Source of the DNA: an uncultured Candidatus Saccharibacteria bacterium | Lineage (GTDB): Bacteria > Patescibacteriota > Saccharimonadia > Saccharimonadales > UBA7683 | DNA length: 64,000 bases | Assembly: GCA_964541305.1 (NCBI GenBank) | Contig: CAZIPE010000002.1 | Coordinates: 7,972 to 71,971 of the forward strand | Direction: 5' to 3' | Shown here: piece by piece, positions 39,595 to 49,290 of the stretch | Layout: every line of letters begins with the position of its first letter | Numbering within the stretch: the stretch's first letter is position 1 | Notes under the pieces: generated by a model | Seen by the model: the letters and a program-made list of their open reading frames with translations, nothing else | Told to the model about the DNA's origin: nothing | Database searches by the model: none | Position numbers and translations under genes: made by a program

Positions 39595-40755
39595 TTATAC
39601 CAAGTGTGCATGTAGCTTTAATATACGAGACAAAATTTCGCTGGCGCGCGCAATTTCAGCTTTGGTAGTGTTCCGACCCAGCGTTACGCGCAGTGACGAA
39701 TTGGCCTCGTTAATAGATAGCCCACACGCACGCAGTACATGGCTCGGCTCATCGTTACTGGCCGTACATGCGCTCCCAGTGGCGACCATCACACCAGCCT
39801 CATCAAGCTCCATCACCAAGCGTTCACCGTCCACCCCAGCAATAGCGATATTAAGATTATTGGGCAGACGCATAGTGGGGTGACCGTTCAACGTGATTCC
39901 TGTGTGTTTTTGCGAAAGCATCGCAAGTAACTCATCCCGCATGAGTGTGAGTCGATCCGACTCCACTTTGCGGTCTTGTTGAACTTTTTGCAACATCGTC
40001 GCAAATGAGTGAATCGCCCCTACATTCTCAGTTCCGCTCCTCAAACCATCTTCCTGACCGCCACCTTTTATAAGGCTACTTAGTTCGGTGCCTGAACGTA
40101 CGTACACACAACCACTTTGCTTCATAGCATAGATCTTCCCGCCGTTTAATGTCATCAAATCAACTTTTGATCGTGAAACGTGCAAATCAAGATAATTTGC
40201 CGCCTGGCAGGCATCCGTATGTAAGTATATCGGCATCTGATTGCCTTGTTTCTCCCGCTCAGCACGTATCGTTTCAATAAGTGCCGAGATACGTCTGATG
40301 GGCTGTATGGTGCCAATTTCATTGTTGGCGTACATGACACTCACCAGAGCCGTGTTATCTGTTATAAGATCACCCAGTGCGCTAACATCGACTATACCGC
40401 TTGGATCTACAGGAATGTGTTTTACACGGTACACGCTTGCTGGCTCAAGGACTGATTCATGTTCAATGCTTGAAACGAGCACTTCACCGTCAGGATGTTG
40501 TCTCATTATTCCTTGTATGGCCAGATTATTGGCTTCTGTGCCACCAGCAGTAAATATGATCTCTTGCTCTTTTGCACCTAGTATCTGAGCCACGCTTGAA
40601 CGAGCACGGTCGACCGCTTTTCTCACTTCACGTGCCGACTGGTAGATGGCGGAAGGATTATAAAATACATCCTGTAAATAAGGTTGCATCGCTTCAATAG
40701 CCTCATCGGCCATCGGCGTTGCAGCCGCATAATCAAGATATAGTGGGGTGTCCAT
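39595..40755 (-). CDS. cysteine desulfurase (NifS/IscS-like, class V aminotransferase)
   Basis: 386 aa beginning LYLDYAAATP, with HTDACQA, a PLP-Lys region (SRSKVDLMTLNGGKIYA) and an active-site loop (ATGSACTAS). Confidence 0.9.
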   Translation of the reverse strand: MDTPLYLDYAAATPMADEAIEAMQPYLQDVFYNPSAIYQSAREVRKAVDRARSSVAQILGAKEQEIIFTAGGTEANNLAIQGIMRQHPDGEVLVSSIEHESVLEPASVYRVKHIPVDPSGIVDVSALGDLITDNTALVSVMYANNEIGTIQPIRRISALIETIRAEREKQGNQMPIYLHTDACQAANYLDLHVSRSKVDLMTLNGGKIYAMKQSGCVYVRSGTELSSLIKGGGQEDGLRSGTENVGAIHSFATMLQKVQQDRKVESDRLTLMRDELLAMLSQKHTGITLNGHPTMRLPNNLNIAIAGVDGERLVMELDEAGVMVATGSACTASNDEPSHVLRACGLSINEANSSLRVTLGRNTTKAEIARASEILSRILKLHAHLV

Positions 40756-40772
40756 GGCTTCTATTGTAGCAA

Positions 40773-41192
40773 CTAAACAGTGGCAACCTGCTGGCCATAG
40801 ACATGACGCGCAACTTCTTTATGATACAACCGTACTGCCGCATCAAATCGCCTTAACTCTTCGCCCGTAAGCTGTTTGTATTGCCCACCATTTACTTGCT
40901 TCAAGATACCACTCGGGTCAACCTCGTAGTTCACAATGAACTGTTGCATTACACCCTTTTTATCACGCCACTGTTCGTGCCAAATCCAAGTATGCTCATC
41001 TAAACAAAAGAATTCTCTCTCGTGACCACTAGGCACCGGACCAAGAATGCGCGATCCCACCGCCGCTTCGCGGGCAATATATTCTTTCTCTTTTTTAACT
41101 CGTAGCTGATCTAAACTAAGGGCCGGTACGACGAGCCCCATGGCACGAGTGGCTTTTGTGCCAAATAGTACTTCTGAAAACTTACGAAGCAT
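40773..41192 (-). CDS. hypothetical protein (139 aa)
   Basis: ORF whose start overlaps the upstream stop by 1 nt (TAATG). No family recognised. Confidence 0.45.
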   Translation of the reverse strand: MLRKFSEVLFGTKATRAMGLVVPALSLDQLRVKKEKEYIAREAAVGSRILGPVPSGHEREFFCLDEHTWIWHEQWRDKKGVMQQFIVNYEVDPSGILKQVNGGQYKQLTGEELRRFDAAVRLYHKEVARHVYGQQVATV

Positions 41193-41530
41193 TAGTTCTG
41201 ACTCCGCATTTCATGATTGATCTCTTCGTGCCGTAGACGTACCGTTTCAGAAGCGACTTGAGAGGCTAAATCGGCAACAGATTGTGGAGTAATAATAACT
41301 TCACCCTCGTGTGATATACCCACAAGAGGCTCACCACGACTTTGATCTGAAAGCGCAACACCTGAAGTGGCATCTTGTACAAGTCCACGCAGGTATTCGG
41401 GTTTAAAATCAATTGACCGGCCAAGCTGTTCAGGAGAAACGACACCTTCAACTGTAACTTCGGGATTAAAACTATATTCCGAATAGTTTTCGGGCATTGG
41501 CTGTAGTCTGTCTTGCTGTGTCTGTGACAT
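41192..41530 (-). CDS. hypothetical protein (101-112 aa)
   Basis: ORF overlapping the tatD 3' end by 26-59 nt, depending on the start (ATG 41530 or ATG 41497). No family recognised. Confidence 0.4.
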   Translation of the reverse strand: MSQTQQDRLQPMPENYSEYSFNPEVTVEGVVSPEQLGRSIDFKPEYLRGLVQDATSGVALSDQSRGEPLVGISHEGEVIITPQSVADLASQVASETVRLRHEEINHEMRSQN

Positions 41531-42263
41531 CTTCTCCTCTTAACTCCGCCAGGTATTGTGTGATATATATCACATTTTCCGGCGTGTTGATATTACCACG
41601 CTTGGGCTTTGGTGTCAAGAAGGGTGAGTCAGTTTCTACAACAATTTTTTCAAGCGGTATCTCTTTAAACAAATCTACCTGCCACTGGTGGCTGGTAAAG
41701 GTAGCGATGCCGTTAATACCGATTAGTAAGCCTCTCTCTAGGGCTTTTTCCAAATGTTCTGGTCTGTCGGTAAAACTATGTAGCACTCCTCGCACCTTAT
41801 ACTTATCGTAAATCGGCCAAAAATCGTTAAATGCTTCTCGAACATGGAAGCTTACTGGTAAATTATGTTTTTGAGCAATTTCAAGCTGACCCTCAAGTAG
41901 CTTTGTTTGTTTTTCCAACAGCCGACCACGGTCATTATAGTAAAAATCGAAGCCACACTCGCCTATGGCGACCACTTTTGTATCTGATGCAAGTTGATCG
42001 AGCTCTTTAAGGTGTTCTTCCATCTCGGCACCAGAAAGTTTTGATGCCTCATGGGGGTGAATTCCGACACTAGCCCAGTAGTTTTTTGGATTATCGTGAG
42101 CACACACAGTAGCCCGCTTACTATCCTCAAGACTCGTTCCTATTCCTATCATCTTTGTCACGCCCAACTGTACAGACGAAGCAATAACAGAGTAGGCTTG
42201 CTTAGCGCTGAAAAACTCAGGATCATGCAGGTGGCAGTGGGTATCAATAAATTCCATACTCAT
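41472..42263 (-). CDS. tatD: TatD-family metal-dependent hydrolase/DNase
   Basis: 263 aa with FIDTHCHL, GECGFDFYY, SFHVREA, GVLHSFT and ETDSPFLTP motifs. Confidence 0.9.
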   Translation of the reverse strand: MSMEFIDTHCHLHDPEFFSAKQAYSVIASSVQLGVTKMIGIGTSLEDSKRATVCAHDNPKNYWASVGIHPHEASKLSGAEMEEHLKELDQLASDTKVVAIGECGFDFYYNDRGRLLEKQTKLLEGQLEIAQKHNLPVSFHVREAFNDFWPIYDKYKVRGVLHSFTDRPEHLEKALERGLLIGINGIATFTSHQWQVDLFKEIPLEKIVVETDSPFLTPKPKRGNINTPENVIYITQYLAELRGEDVTDTARQTTANARKLFGI

Positions 42264-42328
42264 AGTTTCTTACAGATGAGCTTAAACAGCAAACCAAATC
42301 TGCTCGTTTTTAGCGTACAATAAAAGCT

Positions 42329-42862
42329 ATGTTTAACTGGCTCTCACAGATGATGATAGTAACCTCAATGGTCATTCCCTACGCTACCTCTACTTCAACG
42401 AAATTTGAAAGCTTGCCAATTAAGCCAACTCAAGATCAAATTGAATGCAGAACTCAGTCGTGGGAAAAAGAAAATCTCACTACTGTTACCAGCGCCCAGG
42501 TAGACAAAAAACTTGCACCGTACATTGAAAAGCTTATAGCTGATGCACGGCTCAGTGGTAATAATTTTCTAATTAACTCGGGCTATCGAACCTGTGCCTT
42601 GCAAGCAAGCCTACGCGTCTCTTCTTGTGGCGGAAATGATAACTACAACAAAAACCTTAAGCCAGCAGACCTCTGTTCTCCGCCAACCGAACCCGCTGGC
42701 CGAAGTCTGCACAATGACGGTCTCGCAGTAGACTTTGCCTGCCAAGGGTACGGCGTTTTGGAGTACTCCCCCTGCTACAGCTGGTTACAAAAAAATGCCT
42801 ACAAATACCAACTTATTAATCGCCCTGGCGAACCTTGGCACTGGTCCACCACTGGTAGGTAA
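42329..42862 (+). CDS. M15B (VanY-like) D-alanyl-D-alanine carboxypeptidase family protein
   Basis: Has an N-terminal signal/TM, SGYRT, the zinc-ligand motif SLHNDGLAVDF, and EPWHW. The ATG is 7 nt after TACAAT (42316-42321). Confidence 0.75.
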   Translation: MFNWLSQMMIVTSMVIPYATSTSTKFESLPIKPTQDQIECRTQSWEKENLTTVTSAQVDKKLAPYIEKLIADARLSGNNFLINSGYRTCALQASLRVSSCGGNDNYNKNLKPADLCSPPTEPAGRSLHNDGLAVDFACQGYGVLEYSPCYSWLQKNAYKYQLINRPGEPWHWSTTGR

Positions 42863-42865
42863 GAT

Positions 42866-44308
42866 TTATTTGGTTTCAATGCGAGGGAAGAGAACGCCTG
42901 AGTAGTTTTTGACGTAGCCTTCTTTGAATATCTTTTTGATAACAGCACTTGAGGTAGGAAGAAACGGCTCAAGTAGTTCGGCTATCTGTAATATGTCACC
43001 AACGCACGACGCTAATACTTCGCGAAGATGAGCATCATCTTCTTCTTTAGCTAGTTGCCACGGTTTTTCTTGCTCAATAAACTGGTTGAGTCCCCGTATG
43101 AGTGTCCATACCCACTCAAGCGCTCTGTCAAACTGACAGTTTTCGACTGCCTCGTGGAAGGGGCCCGTATCATGATCGGGCGTAGGATACTCACCTACCA
43201 CTCCCTGCTGATATCTATTAATCATACTGGCTACGCGCTGTACGGCATTACCAAGTTCGTTAGCTAATTCTCCGTGATAGACCGCCTCGAAGCGCTCCCA
43301 GGTGAAATCACCATCCTCGTAACTTGGCACATGTCGCAGAAAGTAATAACGAAACGCGTCAGCGCCATAGGTTTTTACAATATCCTCGGTTGTCACCACA
43401 TTACCAAGTGTCTTGCTCATTTTTTGACCACCTGATGTCACGTGACCATGCACAAATAATGTTTTAAGAAGTGGTAATTTAGCGCTCAACAGCATTGCCG
43501 GGTAGATTGCCGCATGAAAACGCAGATTATCTTTACCGACAATTTGTACATCAGTCGGCCAAAACGCTTTGAAGTCCTCACCATCAGGGTAACCAAGTAA
43601 GGTTATGTAGTTCATTAAGGCTTCAAACCATACATACATCACCTGAGTTGTGTCACCTGGAACAGGGATGCCCCACTGTAAGGTCTTTTTTGGTCGAGAG
43701 ATACTAATATCATCTAGGCCGCCTTTGATAGTGTTGAGAATCTCGTTCTTACGCGTTTCAGGAATAACTCTAAACTCACCTGTGCTTATGAGCTTCTCTA
43801 GTTGTTTTTGATACCTACTCAGCTTGAAGAAATAGTTTTCTTCCTCAAGTTTTTCGTACTTTCGATTATGGTCAGGGCACACGCCCTTATTAGCTTTGAC
43901 CTCTGTTTCAGTTTTGTATTCTTCACAACCCACACAGTACCAACCACTGTATTTAGATTTATAGATGTCATCGCCCATCTGCTTCCATAGCAACTGAGAC
44001 GCTTTAATATGCTGTTTGGAATTTGTGCGTGCAAAGTGCGTAAATTCGGAACCGATACGTGTATGCATATCTTTTATTTTTGGAATAATAGTTTCGATGA
44101 AGTCTTCGGGCTTTAACTTTGCTTCATCTGCCTTTTCAACTATTTTTGTGCCATGCTCATCCGCACCAGCGCTATATGCGACGTTGAAGCCCTTTTGTTT
44201 ATAATAACGAGCTAAAGCATCGGCATAGAGTGGATCAAATGCGTTGCCAATGTGTGGTGCACCACTGGCGTATGGTATAGATGTAGTGATATAAAAGTTT
44301 TTTTTCAT
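42866..44308 (-). CDS. metG: methionine--tRNA ligase (short form, 480 aa)
   Basis: HIGH-type motif (PHIGNAF), KMSKS (QKMSKTLGN), and a zinc knuckle (CVGCEEY..CPDH). Confidence 0.95.
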   Translation of the reverse strand: MKKNFYITTSIPYASGAPHIGNAFDPLYADALARYYKQKGFNVAYSAGADEHGTKIVEKADEAKLKPEDFIETIIPKIKDMHTRIGSEFTHFARTNSKQHIKASQLLWKQMGDDIYKSKYSGWYCVGCEEYKTETEVKANKGVCPDHNRKYEKLEEENYFFKLSRYQKQLEKLISTGEFRVIPETRKNEILNTIKGGLDDISISRPKKTLQWGIPVPGDTTQVMYVWFEALMNYITLLGYPDGEDFKAFWPTDVQIVGKDNLRFHAAIYPAMLLSAKLPLLKTLFVHGHVTSGGQKMSKTLGNVVTTEDIVKTYGADAFRYYFLRHVPSYEDGDFTWERFEAVYHGELANELGNAVQRVASMINRYQQGVVGEYPTPDHDTGPFHEAVENCQFDRALEWVWTLIRGLNQFIEQEKPWQLAKEEDDAHLREVLASCVGDILQIAELLEPFLPTSSAVIKKIFKEGYVKNYSGVLFPRIETK

Positions 44309-44414
44309 AGTAGTTCTCGTTTATGTAAAGTTAGCAAAATGGTAAAAAGATATAGTAGCCCACTAGGGCATTATCATGGCAGTAGAGATAGTTCTTATTT
44401 GCTGAATCATGGCT

Positions 44415-45170
44415 CTATGATACCACATCTGTTAATGAGGCAAGGGTAATCATTCTGCCACTGTGTGCACCTTCTCTGCGATGAGAGAAAAACCGACTGT
44501 CTTCTTTGGTGCATATATTCACATCATCAATACGGGATACTCCCGACTGTCTCAGCTGGTCGATAACCATTTGTTTTAGATCAACGAGATATTTATCTCC
44601 CTTCTTAGAAAGGTAACTGGAGTCGAATATATCTTTTGCCTCTTCCCCAAACTCAAAGCAGTCTCGGCAAATCATCGGACCAAGTCCCGCAATCAGCTCT
44701 CTCGCACCTGATGCTGTATCAACCTCATTTATTACTTTTTTTATAATGCCCCCGCTTATTGTGTGCCAACTTCCGTGAATGGTAGCAACAATTCGGCTAT
44801 TTTTATCTGCCAGTATGATGGATGCACAATCAGCCGTTGTTTGTGAAAGTACCAGATCTTGATTGGTAGTATGGACCGCATCGAAACCTTCGAACTCGCC
44901 CTCGGTGGTTGCATGTAAAATGTTGGTTTTGAACTCATGGATGATATGCGCCAGCTTTGGCTTGCTACCAGAATCTAGACCTGGTAATAAGACTTTTAGC
45001 GCACGCGTGCGATTTTCATCAACATTGTGATCCAAGTCGCCACTCCCCTTCTTGCCATTGAGTGATTCAAATAAGACTTTTGATACTCCACCGTAGCGCA
45101 TAAACCAACCGTGTGCTACGCCTACTTCATTCAACAATGCTGAACTGACAAATTGAACATCATTTTTCAT
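44415..45170 (-). CDS. pgeF: peptidoglycan editing factor PgeF (YfiH/laccase-domain protein)
   Basis: 251 aa with GVAHGWFMRYGGVS, DAVHT and TADCASIIL, plus a HGSWH and C..C metal-site pattern. Confidence 0.85.
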   Translation of the reverse strand: MKNDVQFVSSALLNEVGVAHGWFMRYGGVSKVLFESLNGKKGSGDLDHNVDENRTRALKVLLPGLDSGSKPKLAHIIHEFKTNILHATTEGEFEGFDAVHTTNQDLVLSQTTADCASIILADKNSRIVATIHGSWHTISGGIIKKVINEVDTASGARELIAGLGPMICRDCFEFGEEAKDIFDSSYLSKKGDKYLVDLKQMVIDQLRQSGVSRIDDVNICTKEDSRFFSHRREGAHSGRMITLASLTDVVS

Positions 45171-46425
45171 CTATATAATCCTGGCATAAACGCTCAAAAA
45201 TGGCATTCGTCCAGCCAAACCCAGACTGAGAAGGGTACAGTCCTTCAATAGGTTCTTTTTCAGGATCAACTACGTTATATTTTTCTAAAAATACCCCGTG
45301 CAGTTTGAACCAATCAAGATTAGTTTTAAGCCACTTTTGTGCAATTCTGTTTGCTTCTGCGTGATAGCCGTATCTTTCCAGCCCTTCAATAACAAATAAA
45401 TGAAGGGGCGCCCAGCCATTCGGATTCGCCCACTGTACAGGTGTTTTTTGAGGCAAGACAGCCTTAAAAGCCGGGTCTTCAGTTGCTGCAAGTCCGCCCT
45501 TAAACTCAAACCGACTCAGGTTTTTAACAAGTTCGCTCGCCTGCTTCTTGCTCGCGAGCCCCGCCCACATCGTAGTGTAGGCCGCCAGTGATGAGACCGA
45601 GCCACGACCTTGCTTTTTATAGTTATAGTCAAAGAAATTACCCTGTCTTTCGCTCCACATCAACTTATTGATTGCCCGCTTTCTGTTTTCGGCATGATGC
45701 AACCACTCTTTTTCTTCCGCAGGTTTGTTGAGTAAGGCGGCGGCCCGTGCGAAATCTGTTTCGTATTTGTATAAATACACATTTAAATCTATTGGCAGAA
45801 AATCCATACACTTGCGATTGAATCGTGTGGTCATATCCCAACCGCTCTCTGCCTCCGCCATATCGTGTAGATGATTTAGGTCGTAATAGCGACTCAAACC
45901 CTTATAGACCATGTGATTGTGTGGTTTCTGTGTACCCATCCAAACATTTTTATATTCTTTTTTGGCATGATTTATTGCCTGCTCGAACCATCGCTTATCA
46001 AGGCTGTAGGCTTCGTAGACATCGAAGATAAAACTCGTTAGTAGTGGGGGTTGAGAGTGCGCTAACAGATAGGTTTTATTGGCATTTGGCACCATGCCGT
46101 ACTGTTGAATCAGAAAGAAAAGATTGTCGAGTATGCCCACCACAAAATCTCTTTTGCTCGGATCTTTCAGCATCCCTTGAACCATAAAGTAACTATCCCA
46201 GTAGTACATTTCATCAAATGTGAAGGTTGAATCTGGTTCGTAAGCGGGTACTAGATACGGATGCGGCAAGCCGATTAGCGTGTCTTTATTGGTGGTATTC
46301 GTGCGCTTCAAGTGAGCCCAAAACGTTTCGATGTAGTGGCGCGCTTCTTTGACATCATCAACCCTCAAAGAAATCTCTTTGTGGAACAGTCTACGAAATA
46401 ACGAATTCTTTGTTTTACGTATCAT
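45160..46425 (-). CDS. alpha,alpha-trehalase (GH37-like)
   Basis: Carries trehalase-signature-like blocks FDEMYYWDSYF, SQPPLL, AESGWD and QWANPNGWAPL. Overlaps the pgeF start by 11 nt. Confidence 0.8.
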   Translation of the reverse strand: MIRKTKNSLFRRLFHKEISLRVDDVKEARHYIETFWAHLKRTNTTNKDTLIGLPHPYLVPAYEPDSTFTFDEMYYWDSYFMVQGMLKDPSKRDFVVGILDNLFFLIQQYGMVPNANKTYLLAHSQPPLLTSFIFDVYEAYSLDKRWFEQAINHAKKEYKNVWMGTQKPHNHMVYKGLSRYYDLNHLHDMAEAESGWDMTTRFNRKCMDFLPIDLNVYLYKYETDFARAAALLNKPAEEKEWLHHAENRKRAINKLMWSERQGNFFDYNYKKQGRGSVSSLAAYTTMWAGLASKKQASELVKNLSRFEFKGGLAATEDPAFKAVLPQKTPVQWANPNGWAPLHLFVIEGLERYGYHAEANRIAQKWLKTNLDWFKLHGVFLEKYNVVDPEKEPIEGLYPSQSGFGWTNAIFERLCQDYIDEK

Positions 46426-46457
46426 CAGCTACTAGCTTATCAAGCTGAGGGGTGTGG

Positions 46458-47675
46458 TCAATAGCGATGTTGTTCTTGAACAAAGGTAAGTGCGTGACCC
46501 GTTTTGCCAGCTCGTCCAGCACGACCAACACGGTGCGTATAGTCGTCGTATGTTTGTGGAATCGAGTAGTTAATCACATGCGTGACATCAGCAACGTCAA
46601 TACCGCGCGCAGCAACATCTGTGGCTACCAAGATATCGACATCGTTGTCCTTAAAACGGCGCAGGGCTCGTTGGCGTTGGCCTTGGTTTTTACCACCGTG
46701 AATCGCATCGGTAGCAAATCCGCGACTGATAAGTTCTTGAGAGAGTTTTTCAACGCTACGCTGAGTTTCATCAAAAACAATAACTTTTTTCACTTCTTCT
46801 TTGAGTAGTGCATCATGAAGATGATCAATTTTATCACCAGGGTTCTTGTACTTGATAACATCTTGATGAACGTTATCGCTTGTCGCACCAGTCTTGACTG
46901 AAATATGAACTGGCTCGTGAGAGAACGTCTGAATGAGGTCTTTCACCTTGGCGTCAAGTGTTGCTGAAAAGAACAGTGATTGACGAGTCTGTGCAGTGCT
47001 GCCTAAAATGTGGCGCACATCGTTCACAAAGCCCATGTCGAGCATTCTGTCTACTTCGTCAAGCACAATCTTGTTGAAACCATCAAGTCGCAAGGTGCGT
47101 CGTTCAATATGGTCTTTAATACGACCAGGTGTACCAATAACGAGCTGTGGGCGACCTCGAAGATCTCGCAACTGCAAACCGTAGCTTGAGCCACCAATGA
47201 GTAGTGCGCTGTAAATTTTGGCACCCTTAGCAATTTCGTTGAACTCAACTTGAATCTGCTGAGCAAGCTCACGAGTTGGGGCGATGATGAGTGCTTTATC
47301 GTTTCTGTTTGCCATCAGATCATTAATGATTGGCACGGCAAACGCAGCAGTTTTACCTGTTCCGGTGTTGGCAATCCCGATAATATCTTTACCTTCCAAA
47401 ATAGCCGGAATGGCTTGATCTTGAATAGGTGAAGGCGTAACATACCCCTTCACTTTTAGGTTGTCTTTAATGAGTTCGTTAATCGCAAAATCTGCAAAGA
47501 CATGCTTTGCCGAGTACTGCTCAACATCTTGCTGTTTAGCCGCTTGAACAAACTTAGCAGGATCTATATATTGACCTCTCCCACGATTAGTTCGCGGTTT
47601 AGAGTTGTTAGTTCGGCGGCTGTTGTATCCACCACCGTAAGACGTGCGCTTCTTGGCGCCAGAATAATAGGGCAT
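46458..47675 (-). CDS. DEAD-box ATP-dependent RNA helicase with a basic N-terminal tail
   Basis: Q-motif (F..F.....PSPIQ), Walker A (ANTGTGKTAAF), a DEVD variant of the DEAD box (VLDEVDRML), SAT, and HRVGRAGRAG. Confidence 0.9.
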   Translation of the reverse strand: MPYYSGAKKRTSYGGGYNSRRTNNSKPRTNRGRGQYIDPAKFVQAAKQQDVEQYSAKHVFADFAINELIKDNLKVKGYVTPSPIQDQAIPAILEGKDIIGIANTGTGKTAAFAVPIINDLMANRNDKALIIAPTRELAQQIQVEFNEIAKGAKIYSALLIGGSSYGLQLRDLRGRPQLVIGTPGRIKDHIERRTLRLDGFNKIVLDEVDRMLDMGFVNDVRHILGSTAQTRQSLFFSATLDAKVKDLIQTFSHEPVHISVKTGATSDNVHQDVIKYKNPGDKIDHLHDALLKEEVKKVIVFDETQRSVEKLSQELISRGFATDAIHGGKNQGQRQRALRRFKDNDVDILVATDVAARGIDVADVTHVINYSIPQTYDDYTHRVGRAGRAGKTGHALTFVQEQHRY

Positions 47676-47972
47676 AAAAAATGAATCCTTCTTTGTATTA
47701 TTTAGTTATTACTTGGTCGTTTTTGAATTTTTCAAAAGACCTTGATTGTCTCATAGAGCCAAAAGTAATATCTAAATAACTACGGATCCATTAAACAATT
47801 ACGTTAATATTAGCACCCCTGTAGAGAAAAGTCAAGCGTAAGTGGTTTAGTAGACCTAGTGCGAAAAAATTAGCGCCTTCTCATGATAAAACAAAGGCAG
47901 TAGAAGACACATCTCATATTGAACAGTCACACGTGTACTCGACTAAATAATCGACCCATAACGTGAAGATTA

Positions 47973-48001
47973 TTGACAATATATATTTGTTGTGTTATCA
48001 T
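47973..48001 (+). promoter_or_regulatory. promoter TTGACA-17-(TGt)TATCAT upstream of the small Cys-containing ORF
   Basis: TTGACA at 47973-47978, a 17-nt spacer, then TATCAT at 47996-48001 with an upstream TG. The ORF track translated this TTGACA as a TTG start. Confidence 0.6.
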
Positions 48002-48038
48002 AAATAAGATTAATAGAATGTGGAGATATTGGAGTCTT

Positions 48039-48368
48039 ATGTTTAATACTGGGAAGACACGTAAAAATTTTGAGCAATGCCCAAACCGCACCACGGATGG
48101 TGGGACAAGTAATAATACTAAGTTTGTTCTGCGCTGTGCCGCCTACCCTAGTGGACTAGAGACACCTGTATCTCTATCTGGGATGTCGTATTCCGAGAAT
48201 CGCAAGAACGTCGCTATGATGGCTGGCTGTTTAGCATGTCCGTATTCAAAAACTCCTCTTGAAAGAACTCAAGGCCTGGGAGTATCAAGCCAAGGTGATC
48301 CGGTGGAAGTGACAATTTTTCTGCGTCCAGAAGATACTGCAGGGTCTCCTGTAAATCATCTAGACTAG
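48039..48368 (+). CDS. hypothetical small protein (109 aa, four Cys including CLAC)
   Basis: GGAG at 48031-48034, 4 nt before ATG 48039; an in-frame ATG at 48018 is an alternative start. Looks GC-richer than the AT-rich flanks by eye. No family recognised. Confidence 0.4.
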   Translation: MFNTGKTRKNFEQCPNRTTDGGTSNNTKFVLRCAAYPSGLETPVSLSGMSYSENRKNVAMMAGCLACPYSKTPLERTQGLGVSSQGDPVEVTIFLRPEDTAGSPVNHLD

Positions 48369-48555
48369 CGAAAAGCAAAAGAAGTCTGCCTGCCTACTAA
48401 AATACACTCCCCACCGGGCCGTCTTTGCCGTGTTCGGTAGATTTAGAGAGAAAAAAATGACTGCCTCATCACTAAAATATCGGGAACAGTAGGTGGATTA
48501 ATTGTATGTTAAGTAGAATAGACACAGGATTAGCTACATACCAGAAGAGTAGTTT

Positions 48556-49128
48556 TCATGTAGCACTTCTCTGCTTTAAATATGTAGCAAGCAATGTCTG
48601 CATCTGAGTCTCATTCGGGTCTACTATGTCATTCTCTAAATTATAGAGTTGATGCACTTTAATCGCTTCCATCTGATCAATAAGATCTATCTCAGTCTTG
48701 TTTAGACGATTAACACAGGTTCTGAAGTCAAATATGTAGTCACTAGAAAAAACCTTAGCAAAAAGATGCTTCGCTCTTGAAAGGTGAAATTTACTCGTAA
48801 CAAGTATTATCGAATGCCAGTTATGAGAATCCACTATTTCTTTACAAAATAGAGCATTTTCATACGTATTTTTTGATTTTGATTCAGTTATTATTGCTTC
48901 TTCACGAATACCAATAGTTAGAGCGTAGTCCTTCATCGACTCAGCCTCTGATTTGTGGGGCTTATAGTGATGTAGGTGCGATACGTCTCCTGAAAATATA
49001 ACTACATCAGACTCCCGAGAAGTAAGAGTGTCCGCCGCCAACTGCACACGACTCTTGCCTTCATTGGGCAACAAACCGTCTTCAGTCACGTCAAACCCCA
49101 GGACAACAACTACATCAAATTTTTTCAT
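48556..49128 (-). CDS. DUF218 (YdcF family) protein, second copy, no TM anchor
   Basis: 190 aa with the DUF218 pattern (VVVLGFDV..DG.L.....R...A.......DVVIFSG; ILVTSKFHLSRA). Confidence 0.65.
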   Translation of the reverse strand: MKKFDVVVVLGFDVTEDGLLPNEGKSRVQLAADTLTSRESDVVIFSGDVSHLHHYKPHKSEAESMKDYALTIGIREEAIITESKSKNTYENALFCKEIVDSHNWHSIILVTSKFHLSRAKHLFAKVFSSDYIFDFRTCVNRLNKTEIDLIDQMEAIKVHQLYNLENDIVDPNETQMQTLLATYLKQRSAT

Positions 49129-49290
49129 ATCTGAGTCTCAGTATATCATTCAAAAAAATTGATTGGGTGACGAATTTGTGCGAAAAAAGTGGCACCACAT
49201 ACTTATAGAACAGATGAGACGGAGAGATTTGCTTTATGTTGAATACAACCGTCACAAGAAAGGCTTTATACCCTAAGAGTGATGTACTTG

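Noticed and set aside
48000-48480. Possibility that the GC-richer segment in the AT-rich gap is a structured RNA (RNase P, SRP or 6S) rather than a protein gene
   Set aside because: No RNase P CR-I/CR-V motifs (GAGGAAAGUCC, ACAGAA..GGCUUA) and no SRP domain-IV motif occur on either strand. A promoter, a GGAG SD and an uninterrupted 109-codon frame fit a small protein better.
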